64,000 nucleotides of DNA from Pirellulales bacterium (GCA_035531595.1 DATKSN010000082.1:20478-84477); one strand, 5' to 3'. Counted from the stretch's first letter, positions 17,602-28,144 are shown. The notes: a model not told the origin generated them from the sequence alone. Made by a program: numbers and translations.

Positions 17602-18198
17602 TTAGATGCCGATTCCGTGAGCCGCCTCATAGGCGGCGATCTTGTCCGCGTGCGCGAGCGTCAAGCCAATATCATCGAGCCCCTCCATCAGGCACTGTCG
17701 GCGGAACGGTTCGACTTCAAACGTGAGCACCAGGCCGTGCTCGTCTCCAAGCGTGCAGTTTTCCAAATCGACCGTCAGCTTGTAACCGGCGTGCGCGGCG
17801 GCACGGAGGAACACGTCTTCGACCTGGGTTTCGTCGAGCCGGATGGGCAGCAGGCCGTTCTTGAAGCAGTTGTTGTAGAAGATGTCGGCGAAACTGGGGG
17901 CGATCAAAGCCCGGAAGCCGAAATCCTCCAAGGCCCAGGGAGCGTGCTCGCGGCTGGAACCGCAGCCGAAGTTGCGCCGCGCGAGCAGGATCGTGGCTGC
18001 GCGGTATTCTGGGCGATTCAACTCGAAGTCCGGGTTCGGCGAGCCGTCGGGCAGTCGCCGCCAATCGAAGAACAGGAACTGGCCGAAGCCGCTGCGCTCG
18101 ATCCGCTTGAGGAACTGTTTCGGGATGATCTGGTCGGTATCGACGTTGGGCCGGTCCATCGGCACGACCAAGCCGGTGTGCGTCGTGAAGGGTTTCAT
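17602..18198 (-). CDS. leuD: 3-isopropylmalate dehydratase small subunit
   Basis: [31 protein letters not shown]... and [15 protein letters not shown] identify it. Confidence 0.9.
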   Translation of the reverse strand: MKPFTTHTGLVVPMDRPNVDTDQIIPKQFLKRIERSGFGQFLFFDWRRLPDGSPNPDFELNRPEYRAATILLARRNFGCGSSREHAPWALEDFGFRALIAPSFADIFYNNCFKNGLLPIRLDETQVEDVFLRAAAHAGYKLTVDLENCTLGDEHGLVLTFEVEPFRRQCLMEGLDDIGLTLAHADKIAAYEAAHGIGI

Positions 18199-18331
18199 GG
18201 GGCAATAGCTCCTGCCTTTGATCACGTTTCCACGGACGTCCGCATGGCGCACGTCACGATTTCGACGATCCGGCCGAACACGGGGCCGGCCTCATGGCAC
18301 GGAAAATCCGCGGCATGCCGCCCCTCGTCTA

Positions 18332-19756
18332 TTATGCCTTATACTGCCACTCCCGTATATCCACGAAATGCCCCTTGACTGCGGCGGCGGCGGCCATGGC
18401 GGGCGACACGAGATGCGTGCGCCCTCCTTTGCCTTGCCGGCCCTCGAAGTTGCGGTTGCTGGTCGAAGCGCAGCGCTCGCCGGGCAGCAACGTATCGGGG
18501 TTCATCCCCAGGCACATGCTGCAACCCGCCTCGCGCCACTCGAAGCCGGCGGTTGTGAAGACCCGGTCCAGCCCCTCCGCCTCGGCCTGCTGCTTGATTT
18601 GTCCGCTGCCCGGCACCACCATCGCATGCACCCGCGCGGCGACGTGATACCCACGGACCACGGCGGCGGCCGCCCGCAGATCCTCGATGCGGCTGTTCGT
18701 GCAGGAACCGATGAACACGCGGTCGATCGGCAATTGACAAAGCGGCGTGCCAGGCACCAGCCCCATGTACGCCAGCGCGCTGGCCGCGCTCTTGCGGTCG
18801 TTGTCGCTGGCGAATTCGGCCGGGTTTGGCACGCGGGCGCTGACCGGCGCCACCTGGCCCGGATTCGTGCCCCAGGTGACTTGGGGAACGATCTCGGCCG
18901 CGTCGAACGTCTCGACCCGGTCGTACACCGCGCCGGGATCGCTGGGTAGCTCGCGCCAGCGGCGCTCGGCCGCGTCGAAGTCCTGGGGCGCCAACTCGCG
19001 CCCGCGCACGTAGGCGAAGGTCTTTTCGTCCGGCGCGATCATGCCGGCGCGGGCGCCGGCCTCGATCGACATGTTGCAGACGGTCATGCGCTCTTCCATG
19101 CCCAACGCGCGAATCGTGGCCCCGGTGTACTCGATCGCGTACCCGGTGCCGCCGTCGCTGGTCAGCCTGCCGATCAGGTAGAGGATCAGGTCTTTGGCCG
19201 TGACCCCAGGCGCGAGGTTCCCCTCGACGCGGATTTCAAGCGTCATGGGCTTGTACTGCAAGAGCGTCTGCGTGGCCAGCACATGCTCGACCTCGCTGGT
19301 GCCGATGCCGAAGGCCAGCGCGCCGAAGGCGCCGTGCGTGGCGGTATGGCTGTCGCCGCACACGATGGTCATGCCCGGCTGCGTGAGGCCCAACTCGGGC
19401 CCGATCACATGGACGATCCCCTGCCGCGGGTCGCCCAGGTCGTAGAGTCGAATGCCGAACTGGCGGCAGTTTTGCCGCAACGTGTCGATCTGTTGCTTCG
19501 CGATCAAGTCCGCGATCGGCAAGCCGCGGTCGGTGGTCGGCACATTGTGATCGGGCGTCGCCACCGTCAACTCGGGCCGCCGCACCGTGCGGCCGATGAG
19601 CCGCAACGCCTCGAAGGCCTGGGCACTGGTCACCTCGTGTACCAGGTGTCGGTCGATGTAGAGCACCGTCTGCTTGCCCGGCTCGGAATGCACCACATGC
19701 GCATCCCAGATCTTGGCGAACATCGTGCGGGGGGCGGCTGGCATTGTGGACGCCAT
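18332..19756 (-). CDS. leuC: 3-isopropylmalate dehydratase large subunit
   Basis: [35 protein letters not shown] and [12 protein letters not shown] identify it. Confidence 0.9.
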   Translation of the reverse strand: MASTMPAAPRTMFAKIWDAHVVHSEPGKQTVLYIDRHLVHEVTSAQAFEALRLIGRTVRRPELTVATPDHNVPTTDRGLPIADLIAKQQIDTLRQNCRQFGIRLYDLGDPRQGIVHVIGPELGLTQPGMTIVCGDSHTATHGAFGALAFGIGTSEVEHVLATQTLLQYKPMTLEIRVEGNLAPGVTAKDLILYLIGRLTSDGGTGYAIEYTGATIRALGMEERMTVCNMSIEAGARAGMIAPDEKTFAYVRGRELAPQDFDAAERRWRELPSDPGAVYDRVETFDAAEIVPQVTWGTNPGQVAPVSARVPNPAEFASDNDRKSAASALAYMGLVPGTPLCQLPIDRVFIGSCTNSRIEDLRAAAAVVRGYHVAARVHAMVVPGSGQIKQQAEAEGLDRVFTTAGFEWREAGCSMCLGMNPDTLLPGERCASTSNRNFEGRQGKGGRTHLVSPAMAAAAAVKGHFVDIREWQYKA

Positions 19757-19832
19757 CGTTTTGACCTCACAACAATCTTTGAGAAATATCAACGGCCTGC
19801 TTCAGGGTTAGGCTCGGCATCCCAGCCCGATT

Positions 19833-19922
19833 CTGTAGGGAACGCCCTCCGTGGCGTTCCGTGTCCCGCGAGCAAACGTCTATACCCGCTTCACGGAACG
19901 CCACGGAGGGCGTTCCCTACAG
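19833..19922. repeat. PAL-Y 90-bp double-hairpin palindrome, copy 1
   Basis: CTGTAGGGAACGCCCTCCGTGGCGTTCCG ... CGGAACGCCACGGAGGGCGTTCCCTACAG. Each 29-nt arm is itself a hairpin. Confidence 0.9.
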
Positions 19923-20056
19923 ATGCCGTTGCCGCGGCAATCATCGCCTTGAAGCGAGTCAGTTGAAATAATTATAGCCCGGACAGGAACCCTTGGCGAG
20001 TTGCCGCAATACAGCCATGCCGCGGCCGGAATGGCACCTTGGAAACCTGTCCCACG

Positions 20057-21718
20057 TCAACTCGCCGCGACAGCCGAGGCGTGCTCCGTTTCGTACCACC
20101 AACCGGCCGCGCGCTGGCGGGTCCATTCGCCCGCGCGCTCGCACCCAGCCAGGGCTTGCTCCAGGCTCACGACGTCCTGAAAGCGGTCCTCAGGGCGCTT
20201 GGCGAGGCAGCGCAGTACGACGCGCTCCAGGTCGGCCGGAATATCGGGCCGCAATCGCGAAGGGGGGACGATTTCGTCGTGGACGTGGGCCATCAGAATC
20301 TTGATCGGCTTGTCGCCTTCGAAGGGGGGGCGGCCGGTGAGCAGGAAATAGGCCACCGCGCCGGTGGAATAAATGTCGCCGCGAGGGTCCGAGTCGCCTT
20401 CGCCGACCACTTGTTCGGGCGACATGTACAACGGCGAGCCGGTGATCGCGCCGTCCTGCGTGAGCTGTAGCGATTCGTGAATGCCCAGCGGCTTGACGAG
20501 GCCGAAGTCGAGTAGTTTGGCCACGTCGTAGACGCCGCCGCGTTGCGCCGCGAAGATATTGCCGGGCTTGATGTCGCGATGGATCAGGCCGGCCGCGTGC
20601 GCTTCGCGCAAGGCGTCGCAGACCTGCCGCAACAGATGGATCACGCGTTCCGGCGGCAAGGGACCGTAGCGCTCGACCAGCTCGGCCAGGCTCAAGCCGG
20701 GGAGGTACTCCATAACGTAGAAAAACGTCCCGTCGTCGGCGTGGCCGTAGTCGAAGATTTCGACCGTGTTCCAGTGCGACAGCGCCGCGGTGGCCCTCAC
20801 CTCGCGCTCGAAGCGTGCCAAGACCGTCGGGTCGTCGGCCTTGCCGGCCCGGATGATCTTGATGGCGCAAGGCCGCTTGAGCAGCCGATGCTCCGCCAGA
20901 TAGACTTCGCCCATGCCCCCCGCGCCGATCAGATGCTTCAGCCGGTACTGCCCGAGTTGGCGTGCTTCGTAAACTTCTCGGCGCAGCCGGCCGATCATGT
21001 GGGTGCCGGTCACTCCCGCGCCGAAGCCGACCAGCAGCATGATCGCCGTGGTCGAATAGGGTTCCGGATCTTTCTCCCAGGCTTTCTGGATGGCCAATTC
21101 GTAAGCGATGTCGAACGACATCCAGGCGATGGGAGCGATCGCCAGCAGTCCCAAGGAAACGGCGGCGCGGCGCCATGTGTTGGGGATGAAAATCGCGTAG
21201 GTGAACATCAGCGACAACCAGATCGCCGCCGGGCTCCAGAGCGTGTCGAAGTTCGTGGCGCTGAAAACCATCTGGTAGTGCTGCACGCGCAGGAAAAAAG
21301 CCGCCGTCCAGGCGAAAACCACGAATTCGGCCCAGCGCAGTTGCCGCATCGAAAACTGATGGCCGCGGCGCCACAGCACGGCGTTGACGATCGCCAACAC
21401 CACGACGTGGCCGAAATGAAACCAGAACAGCAGGCGTCCACTCAACTCGAGATGGACCGTCTTCGTCCCTTGGAGGTCGCCGCCGAAGACGTTGCGTATC
21501 AAGAACGCCGCCGAGCCGATCAACAGTACCAGGGCGGCGGCCCGCAGCCGCACTCGCAGCACACATTCGGTGTCGCCGATCAAGCCCAGACTGCTTCCCT
21601 CGACCAATTGGACCTTGGGACCAGCCGCCTCGTTCTCGGCGGCGAGGGCCACAGCCTGGGCATCCAGGGTCACATCGTTCGGCGAAATATGCAGGAACCT
21701 TTGGGGCATGGCTGCCAT
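20057..21718 (-). CDS. Ser/Thr protein kinase with N-terminal multi-TM domain
   Basis: Kinase motifs are GAGGMGEVYLAEH, AIKII, HRDIKPGNIF and DFGL. The N-terminal 250 aa or so are hydrophobic. Confidence 0.85.
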   Translation of the reverse strand: MAAMPQRFLHISPNDVTLDAQAVALAAENEAAGPKVQLVEGSSLGLIGDTECVLRVRLRAAALVLLIGSAAFLIRNVFGGDLQGTKTVHLELSGRLLFWFHFGHVVVLAIVNAVLWRRGHQFSMRQLRWAEFVVFAWTAAFFLRVQHYQMVFSATNFDTLWSPAAIWLSLMFTYAIFIPNTWRRAAVSLGLLAIAPIAWMSFDIAYELAIQKAWEKDPEPYSTTAIMLLVGFGAGVTGTHMIGRLRREVYEARQLGQYRLKHLIGAGGMGEVYLAEHRLLKRPCAIKIIRAGKADDPTVLARFEREVRATAALSHWNTVEIFDYGHADDGTFFYVMEYLPGLSLAELVERYGPLPPERVIHLLRQVCDALREAHAAGLIHRDIKPGNIFAAQRGGVYDVAKLLDFGLVKPLGIHESLQLTQDGAITGSPLYMSPEQVVGEGDSDPRGDIYSTGAVAYFLLTGRPPFEGDKPIKILMAHVHDEIVPPSRLRPDIPADLERVVLRCLAKRPEDRFQDVVSLEQALAGCERAGEWTRQRAAGWWYETEHASAVAAS

Positions 21719-21809
21719 GCGATTCGACCACCATCGCTGCGACGAAAGGGTATTCCTACATCATATCCGCGCAGGCCCGTCTTGGCGATGGATTTAGCGA
21801 TAGACGTTA

Positions 21810-21962
21810 ATACTTCACGCGGCCGACAATGAGATATTTTGCCACGAGAAAGCGGTGGCTGGTGGCAGAGCCAAGCGATGCCCCGGCTCGATAGCGACCG
21901 GGGCATCGCTTAGGCTCTGCCCCAGCCACCGTGAATGTCTCATTCTCGACCGCGTGAAGTAT
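21810..21962 (-). repeat. PAL-A nested palindromic repeat, full copy, inverted orientation
   Basis: The asymmetric inner segment CACGAGAAAGCGGTGGCTGGTGGCAGAGC is on the left here. It is on the right in copy 1. Confidence 0.9.
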
Positions 21963-22035
21963 GGGCGTTAGGCGTTAGGCGAAAGCTGGGCGCTTCCGCT
22001 TCCTAACGCCTAACGCTTATCGCCTAACGCCTATA
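21962..22035. repeat. TAACGCC/GGCGTTA short-repeat hairpin block
   Basis: The sequence is GGGCGTTAGGCGTTAGGCGAAAG...CTTCCTAACGCCTAACGCTTATCGCCTAACGCC. Confidence 0.8.
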
Positions 22036-22078
22036 TTCCATATCCTAAAGCATTTGCTGGCAACAAGTTACTAATTTT

Positions 22079-22119
22079 TTGACATAATAGGTTGCTTAAA
22101 TTGTGGTAATGGGTATGAT
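22079..22119 (+). promoter_or_regulatory. candidate sigma70-type promoter(s) upstream of sufR
   Basis: This is the only strongly AT-rich stretch nearby. TTGACA lies at 22079-22084. A second candidate is TTGCTT (22092-22097), 16 nt, then TATGAT (22114-22119). Confidence 0.35.
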
Positions 22120-22164
22120 TCATGGGAGAGTTTGAGCCTTGGCGTGGGGAAAGCGCGGTATCTG

Positions 22165-22782
22165 ATGAGCACCGTAACGGAAACCTCTGATGCGACCTTA
22201 CTTGATCTCTTGCGGCGGCAAGGTCCGATGAGCGTCTCGGAAGTAGCGACGGCGACGGACGTTACGGCGACCGCGGTGCGGCAGCGGTTGACTCGCCTGA
22301 TGAGCCAGGGAATGATCGACCGCGACGTCGACCGTTCGGGTCGCGGGCGGCCGAGCCACCGTTACTCGGTGAGCGAAAAGGCCCGCCGCCAGGTAGGCAC
22401 CAACTACGGCGATCTGGCGATTCTGCTTTGGGATCAGATTCGTTCCGTGAAAGATATCGAGATTCGCCGTGGGTTACTGCGGCGAATTGCCGAAGCAATG
22501 GCCGGTATGTACCGTGGCCGAGTTCACGGGACGACCACCGCCGCCCGCATGGAATCGCTCAAGCATCTATTCGCCGAACGTCGGGTGCCGCTGGAAATCA
22601 ACGCCGACGGCGAACTGCCGGTGCTGACGGTGCTCGATTGCCCGTACCCCGAACTGGCGGAAAAGGACCGCGGCATTTGCGCGGTCGAAAAAATGTTGTT
22701 TGCCGAATTGCTCGAGGCGCCCGTGCGGCTCGCGCAATGTCGGCTCGAAGGGCACTCCTGCTGCCAATTTGAAACCAACTGA
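22165..22782 (+). CDS. sufR: SufR-like winged-helix regulator with C-terminal Cys cluster
   Basis: The HTH reads [24 protein letters not shown]. The C-terminal cysteines are in LDCPYP...GICAVEKM...[12 protein letters not shown]. It sits directly upstream of the suf genes. Confidence 0.65.
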   Translation: MSTVTETSDATLLDLLRRQGPMSVSEVATATDVTATAVRQRLTRLMSQGMIDRDVDRSGRGRPSHRYSVSEKARRQVGTNYGDLAILLWDQIRSVKDIEIRRGLLRRIAEAMAGMYRGRVHGTTTAARMESLKHLFAERRVPLEINADGELPVLTVLDCPYPELAEKDRGICAVEKMLFAELLEAPVRLAQCRLEGHSCCQFETN

Positions 22783-22799
22783 AACTTGGCGACACCACC

Positions 22800-23405
22800 A
22801 TGACCAAACCTTGGATCGAAGGGCGCTTTGAAGAAAACGTCATCACGACCTCCGTCGAGCAGGCCATCAACTGGGCCCGCCAGGCGAGTATCTGGCCGAT
22901 GACGTTCGGCCTGGCCTGTTGCGCCATCGAGATGATGGCCGCCGGCGCGAGCCGGTTCGACATGGACCGTTTTGGCGCCGGCGCCTTCCGCGCCACGCCG
23001 CGGCAGGCCGACCTGATGATCGTGGCCGGCACGGTCACCTACAAAATGGCGAGCCGAGTTCGCCGGCTTTACAACCTGATGCCCGACCCCAAGTTCGTGA
23101 TCGCCATGGGCGCCTGCACCGTCGGCGGCGGCCCGTACTTCAAATGGGGCTATCACGTTTGCAAGGGGGTCGATCTCGTCGTGCCGGTCGACGTGTACGT
23201 GCCCGGCTGCCCGCCCCGGCCCGAAGCGCTGCTGGAAGGGCTGATGCGGATTCAAGACAAAATCCGCGGTCACAAAATCGCCAAGCGGCAAACCGGGAAC
23301 GGCGCCGTGCAGGTCGATGACGAACTGCCCATCCCGCACCACTCCGGCTATGTCGACGTCGAAGAGCGGCAACCCGTTTTCGATCACCAGAAAATCACAG
23401 GATAA
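22800..23405 (+). CDS. NuoB-like [4Fe-4S] protein (NADH-quinone oxidoreductase subunit B / hydrogenase small-subunit family), orphan
   Basis: [27 protein letters not shown] and [11 protein letters not shown] supply all four N2-cluster cysteines. There is a 45-aa C-terminal extension and no other nuo genes nearby. Confidence 0.85.
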   Translation: MTKPWIEGRFEENVITTSVEQAINWARQASIWPMTFGLACCAIEMMAAGASRFDMDRFGAGAFRATPRQADLMIVAGTVTYKMASRVRRLYNLMPDPKFVIAMGACTVGGGPYFKWGYHVCKGVDLVVPVDVYVPGCPPRPEALLEGLMRIQDKIRGHKIAKRQTGNGAVQVDDELPIPHHSGYVDVEERQPVFDHQKITG

Positions 23406-23428
23406 CCCCTAACCCCTGAACCCTTCCG

Positions 23429-24274
23429 ATGTCCGATACGCTCAAGATCACCGAGTTGCATGTGTCCGTTGACGGCAAGCCCATCTTGCGCGGCGTGAAC
23501 TTGACGATTCGGCGTGGGGAAACGCACGCCTTGATGGGCCCGAACGGCTCGGGTAAGAGCACGCTCGGGTTCGCCGTCATGGGCCATCCGGGCTACGAGG
23601 TGACCGGCGGCTCGATCGAACTCAACGGCGCCGACGTGCTCGAAATGGAGCCCAACCAGCGAGCGCGGGCCGGCATTTTCCTGGCCTTCCAGCGGCCGAT
23701 GGCGATTCCCGGCGTGAAAATGGCCGACTTCCTGCGGCACGCCACGACCAACGTGCGCCGTCCCGATCGCAAAGAGGGCGAAGAACTGATCCCGATGCGC
23801 GAGTTCCGCAAGGAATTGAAGGCCAAGATGGAACAGTTGCGGATGGACACGGAGTTCGCCCGCCGTTACGTGAACGACGGCTTCTCGGGCGGGGAGATGA
23901 AGCGGGCCGAGATCTTGCAGATGGCGATGCTGCGGCCGAAGTTCGCGATCCTCGACGAGACCGACAGCGGCCTGGACGTCGACGCGGTGCGGCTGGCCAG
24001 CCAGAGCATCGCCGAAATCGGCGGCGCCGAAATGGGCATTTTGATCATCACCCATCACGATAAATTGCTGGAACACAACACGCCTGACTATACCCATGTG
24101 ATGCTGGGCGGACGGATCGTCGAGACGGGCGGGCCGGGCCACGAACGCAGCGGCACCGACCTGGCCTCCGAGTTGCACCAGCAAGGTTACGACCGCGTCC
24201 GCGCCGCCTACCCCCAAGCGGCGGCCGACGAGGAAGCGATGAAACACGCCGAACAAGTCGCACAGGCGTTCTGA
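23429..24274 (+). CDS. sufC: Fe-S cluster assembly ATPase SufC
   Basis: The Walker A is GPNGSGKST, followed by FSGGEMKRAEILQ and ILDETDSGLD. Confidence 0.9.
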   Translation: MSDTLKITELHVSVDGKPILRGVNLTIRRGETHALMGPNGSGKSTLGFAVMGHPGYEVTGGSIELNGADVLEMEPNQRARAGIFLAFQRPMAIPGVKMADFLRHATTNVRRPDRKEGEELIPMREFRKELKAKMEQLRMDTEFARRYVNDGFSGGEMKRAEILQMAMLRPKFAILDETDSGLDVDAVRLASQSIAEIGGAEMGILIITHHDKLLEHNTPDYTHVMLGGRIVETGGPGHERSGTDLASELHQQGYDRVRAAYPQAAADEEAMKHAEQVAQAF

Positions 24275-24352
24275 GGAGATTGAGACGACGACACGGAAAA
24301 ATCAGCGAACCGTTCCCGGACGCAAACCGTGGGAACAAGGAGACGAGATAAC

Positions 24353-25768
24353 ATGGCGACCGATCTGACCACCGAAACCAGCGAAGTCGGTTTCGACGAA
24401 ATCAACAAGTACGACTTCCGCACCACGGAAAACTACATCTTCAAGAGCCGCAAGGGGCTCGATGCCGACATCGTCCATCAGATTTCGGACATGAAGAGCG
24501 AACCGGAGTGGATGCGCGACTTCCGCCTCAAGAGCCTGGAGATCTTCAACTCGAAGCCGATGCCCAACTGGGGCGGCAAAATCGACCTCAACTTTCAGGA
24601 CATCTTTTATTACATCAAGCCCTCCGACCACCAGGGGCGCACTTGGGACGACGTGCCCGACGACATCAAGAACACGTTCGACCGCCTGGGCATTCCCGAG
24701 GCCGAGAAGAAGTTCCTCTCGGGCGTGAAGGCCCAGTACGAAAGCGAAGTGGTTTACGGCTCGCTCCGCGAGGAGCTTTCCAACCAGGGCGTGATCTTCA
24801 CCGACACCGACTCGGCCATTCGCGAGTACCCCGACCTGGTGCGGAAGTACTTCGCCACGATCATTCCTCCCACCGACAACAAGTTCGCCGCCTTGAACTC
24901 GGCGGTCTGGTCGGGCGGCTCGTTCATCTACGTGCCCAAGGGCGTGAAGATCGAGTTCCCGTTGCAAGCCTATTTCCGCATCAACGCCGAGAACATGGGC
25001 CAGTTCGAGCGCACGTTGATCATCGTCGACGAAGGGGCTCAAATCCACTACGTTGAAGGTTGCACCGCGCCGATGTACACCACCGAGAGCCTGCACTCGG
25101 CCGTGGTGGAGATCAGCGTCCACAAGCACGCCCGTTGCCGCTACACCACGATTCAGAACTGGGCCAACAACATCTACAACCTGGTCACGAAGCGGGCGAT
25201 GGCCTACGAAAACGCCGTGATGGAGTGGGTCGACGGCAACCTGGGCAGCAAGCTGACGATGAAGTACCCGGCCGTCTACATGATGGAGCCGGGCGCCCGC
25301 GGCGAGATCCTCTCGATCGCCTTCGCCTCGGCCGGCCAGCACCAGGACGCCGGCGCCAAGCTGGTGCATTGCGCCCCCCACACTTCGGGCCGGATCATCT
25401 CGAAGTCGATTTCCAAGAACGGCGGCCGGGCCAGTTACCGCGGCTTGGTCAAGGTCGAGCCTGGAGCGCGGAAGTCGAAGTCGACGGTCGTCTGCGACGC
25501 CCTGATCCTCGACTCCAAGAGCCGTAGCGACACCTACCCTTATATCGAGATCGACGAGCAGGACGTCTCCATCGGCCACGAGGCGAGCGTCTCTCGGATC
25601 GGCGAGGAGCAGTTGTTCTACCTCACCAGCCGCGGGCTTTCGGAGCCCGAGGCCAGCACGATGATCGTCAGCGGCTTCATCGAGCCGTTGGTCAAGGAGT
25701 TGCCGATGGAATACGCGGTCGAAATGAACCGGTTGATCGAACTGCAGATGGAAGGGTCGGTGGGCTGA
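24353..25768 (+). CDS. sufB: Fe-S cluster assembly protein SufB
   Basis: AAGGAG lies before ATG at 24353. The protein is SufB-like throughout ([26 protein letters not shown]). Confidence 0.9.
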   Translation: MATDLTTETSEVGFDEINKYDFRTTENYIFKSRKGLDADIVHQISDMKSEPEWMRDFRLKSLEIFNSKPMPNWGGKIDLNFQDIFYYIKPSDHQGRTWDDVPDDIKNTFDRLGIPEAEKKFLSGVKAQYESEVVYGSLREELSNQGVIFTDTDSAIREYPDLVRKYFATIIPPTDNKFAALNSAVWSGGSFIYVPKGVKIEFPLQAYFRINAENMGQFERTLIIVDEGAQIHYVEGCTAPMYTTESLHSAVVEISVHKHARCRYTTIQNWANNIYNLVTKRAMAYENAVMEWVDGNLGSKLTMKYPAVYMMEPGARGEILSIAFASAGQHQDAGAKLVHCAPHTSGRIISKSISKNGGRASYRGLVKVEPGARKSKSTVVCDALILDSKSRSDTYPYIEIDEQDVSIGHEASVSRIGEEQLFYLTSRGLSEPEASTMIVSGFIEPLVKELPMEYAVEMNRLIELQMEGSVG

Positions 25769-25769
25769 A

Positions 25770-25932
25770 CGCGGATTTCGGATTTCGGATTGTGGATTCG
25801 TTGGGAACTCCGCAATCCCTCGTTCCCACGCTCTGCGTGGGAACGCTGCCCCGGACGCTGCGCGTCCCCGTTGCCGGGCCAGGTGCGTAACGTGGACGCG
25901 GAGCGTCCGAAGAGATGTTCCCACGCAGAGGC
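25770..25932. repeat. PAL-U hairpin block inside suf operon
   Basis: GGATTTCGGATTTCGGATTGTGGATTCG, GTTCCCACGCTCTGCGTGGGAAC, GGACGCTGCGCGTCC, GGACGCGGAGCGTCC and GTTCCCACGC. A related hairpin lies at 45794-45816. Confidence 0.8.
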
Positions 25933-25959
25933 CCCCCAACGAGGAAAGTTTCCAAACCC

Positions 25960-27261
25960 ATGCCGCAAACCGCTCCCGCAGTCGGATTCACACCCGCCGC
26001 CTTCGATGCCTTTCTGGCCAGCCGCCGGGAACCTGGCTGGGTGGGCGAACTGCGGCAAGCGGCCTGGAAGGCATTTGAGGAGATCGAGCTTCCCTGCAGG
26101 CGCGAAGAGGAATGGATGCGAACCGACATCCGCACGTTCCGGCTCGATCGCTTCGGTTTGCCGGGCGAGTCGGCCCCCGGCCTGGCACGGCCAAGGGCGC
26201 TCTTGACCACCGGCGTCGACCTGGCCGGTGAGACGGCGGTGCTCAACGGCGTACATCTCGAGACGCGGCTCGACGACGACCTGGCCCGGCGGGGCGTATT
26301 ATTCGGCAGCCTCGACGCGCTGGTGTCCGAGCACGGCGAGAAACTGCGTCCGCACCTGTTCCGGGTGGTCAACTCGCGGGCCGACAAATTCGCCGCGTTG
26401 CACGCCGCCTGCTGGACGGGCGGCACACTGCTTTATGTGCCCCGCGGCGTGCGAATCGAAAGGCCGCTGCATATGTTCTCGGCGCTGGCGGGCGGCGTCG
26501 ATTTGGGCCATGCCCTGATTGTGCTTGAAGAGGGTTCCGAAGCGACCCTGCTGGCGGAAACGGCCGGCGACGAGCGGCCCGCGCTGCACTGCGGCGCGAT
26601 CGAGCTGGTGGTCGGCAAGGAGGCGCGGCTGCGGTACGTCAATTTGCAGAACTGGGGCGGCGGCACCTGGCATTTTGCCCAGCAGCGCGGGCTGGTCGAT
26701 CGCGACGGCGCGTTGCAATGGACGATCAGCGCGCTGGGCGCCAAGCTGGCCAAGGTCAACCAGCATGTGGCGCTGGTCGGCGAGGGGGCCGACGTCCAGG
26801 TGAACGGAGTGATGTTCACCGAGGCGAAGCAGCACCTCTCCTACCACACGCTCCAGCACCATCGGGCGGCGAACTGCAAGAGCGACCTGTTGTACAAAGG
26901 CGCCTTGCAGGACCATTCGCGGATCGTCTGGCGGGGAATGATCAAGGTGGATCCGGGGGCGCAAAAGACCAACGGCTACCAGCGCGACGACAACCTGATG
27001 CTTTCCGAGGAGGCGCGCGCCGACTCGATACCGGGCTTGGAAATCCAGGCCGACGACGTGATCTGCACGCACGGCGCCACGGCGGGCCGAGTGGACGACA
27101 GCCAGGTGTTCTACGCGCGTTGCCGCGGACTGACGCGCAAGGAAGCCGTGCGAATGATCGTGGCCGGTTTCTTCCAGCAGGTGTTCGACCGGATCACGAT
27201 CGAAAGCGTGCGCGAGGCCTTGGGCGACGCGATCGGGCGACGGATTCGCGAGTATGATTGA
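25960..27261 (+). CDS. sufD: Fe-S cluster assembly protein SufD
   Basis: GAGGAAAG lies before ATG at 25960. The SufD C-terminal beta-helix region ends ...THGATAGRVDDSQVFYARCRGL. Confidence 0.85.
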   Translation: MPQTAPAVGFTPAAFDAFLASRREPGWVGELRQAAWKAFEEIELPCRREEEWMRTDIRTFRLDRFGLPGESAPGLARPRALLTTGVDLAGETAVLNGVHLETRLDDDLARRGVLFGSLDALVSEHGEKLRPHLFRVVNSRADKFAALHAACWTGGTLLYVPRGVRIERPLHMFSALAGGVDLGHALIVLEEGSEATLLAETAGDERPALHCGAIELVVGKEARLRYVNLQNWGGGTWHFAQQRGLVDRDGALQWTISALGAKLAKVNQHVALVGEGADVQVNGVMFTEAKQHLSYHTLQHHRAANCKSDLLYKGALQDHSRIVWRGMIKVDPGAQKTNGYQRDDNLMLSEEARADSIPGLEIQADDVICTHGATAGRVDDSQVFYARCRGLTRKEAVRMIVAGFFQQVFDRITIESVREALGDAIGRRIREYD

Positions 27262-27263
27262 CA

Positions 27264-27420
27264 CATGGGGCAGGTTTTCAACCTGCCGTAGGTCAGGCTT
27301 TCCAGCCTGACGCGCGTGGGGCGGGTTCCGTAGGCTTTCCAGCCTGACGGGCGTGGGGCGGGTTTTCAACCTGCCAAGTCGCGAGATAAAAAATGGCAGG
27401 TTGAAAACCTGCCCCACGTA
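27264..27420. repeat. PAL-V composite palindrome (GGCAGGTTTTCAACCTGCC and GTCAGGCTTTCCAGCCTGAC units)
   Basis: The outer arms are CATGGGGCAGGTTTTCAACCTGCC and GGCAGGTTGAAAACCTGCCCCACG. Two internal GGCTTTCCAGCCTGACG units lie between them. Confidence 0.85.
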
Positions 27421-27440
27421 CTTTGTCATTGGGTCGTTGT

Positions 27441-27755
27441 ATGTCCGACTTCGTTCGCGTCGCCAAGCTTTCCGAGATCCCCGACCCTGGCCGGCAGGTG
27501 GTCGAGGTCGACGAACGGCTGATCGTGCTGTTCCACGTCGGCGGCGAGTTGTTTGCGCTCGACGACGTGTGCACGCACGACGACGGCCCATTGGGCGAGG
27601 GAGAGTTGGTCGACCACACGATCGCGTGCCCGCGGCACGGGGCCAAGTTCGACATCCGCGACGGACGCGCCTTGACCATGCCCGCCACCCGGCCGACCGT
27701 CGCCCATCAAGTGAGGATTGAGGGCGACGAAATTCTTGTTAAACTCCATGATTGA
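27441..27755 (+). CDS. Rieske [2Fe-2S] ferredoxin-like protein
   Basis: CTHDDGPL and CPRHGAKF are the Rieske motifs. Confidence 0.85.
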   Translation: MSDFVRVAKLSEIPDPGRQVVEVDERLIVLFHVGGELFALDDVCTHDDGPLGEGELVDHTIACPRHGAKFDIRDGRALTMPATRPTVAHQVRIEGDEILVKLHD

Positions 27756-27805
27756 TCTCCCGACTCCTGACTCCTAACTCCTCAACCACACAGGAGGCTT
27801 TCCAA

Positions 27806-28123
27806 ATGGCGATTGCCGAAGACACAGTCCGCGAGGCGCTCAAGCAAGTCATCGACCCCGAACTGTTCGTGAACATCGTCGACTTGGGGCTGATCTACAC
27901 GGTCGCGGTGACGGAGGCGGAGCAGGGGAAATCGAACGTCTCGATCGAGATGACGATGACCAGCCCCGCCTGCCCCGCCGGCCCGCAGTTGATCCAGAAC
28001 TCGAAGGACGCCATCGGCCGCATCGAGGGCGTTGCTCAGGTCGAGGTGAAGCTCGTGATGATCCCCCCCTGGACGCCCGACCGCATGACGGAAGATGCCC
28101 GGGACCAGTTGGGCATCTTCTAG
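27806..28123 (+). CDS. sufT: SufT/DUF59 (PaaD-like) Fe-S assembly protein
   Basis: AGGAGG lies before ATG at 27806. VIDPELFVNIVDLGLIY and MTMTSPACP fit the family. Confidence 0.85.
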   Translation: MAIAEDTVREALKQVIDPELFVNIVDLGLIYTVAVTEAEQGKSNVSIEMTMTSPACPAGPQLIQNSKDAIGRIEGVAQVEVKLVMIPPWTPDRMTEDARDQLGIF

Positions 28124-28144
28124 CCCGTATTATTCATTGATCCG

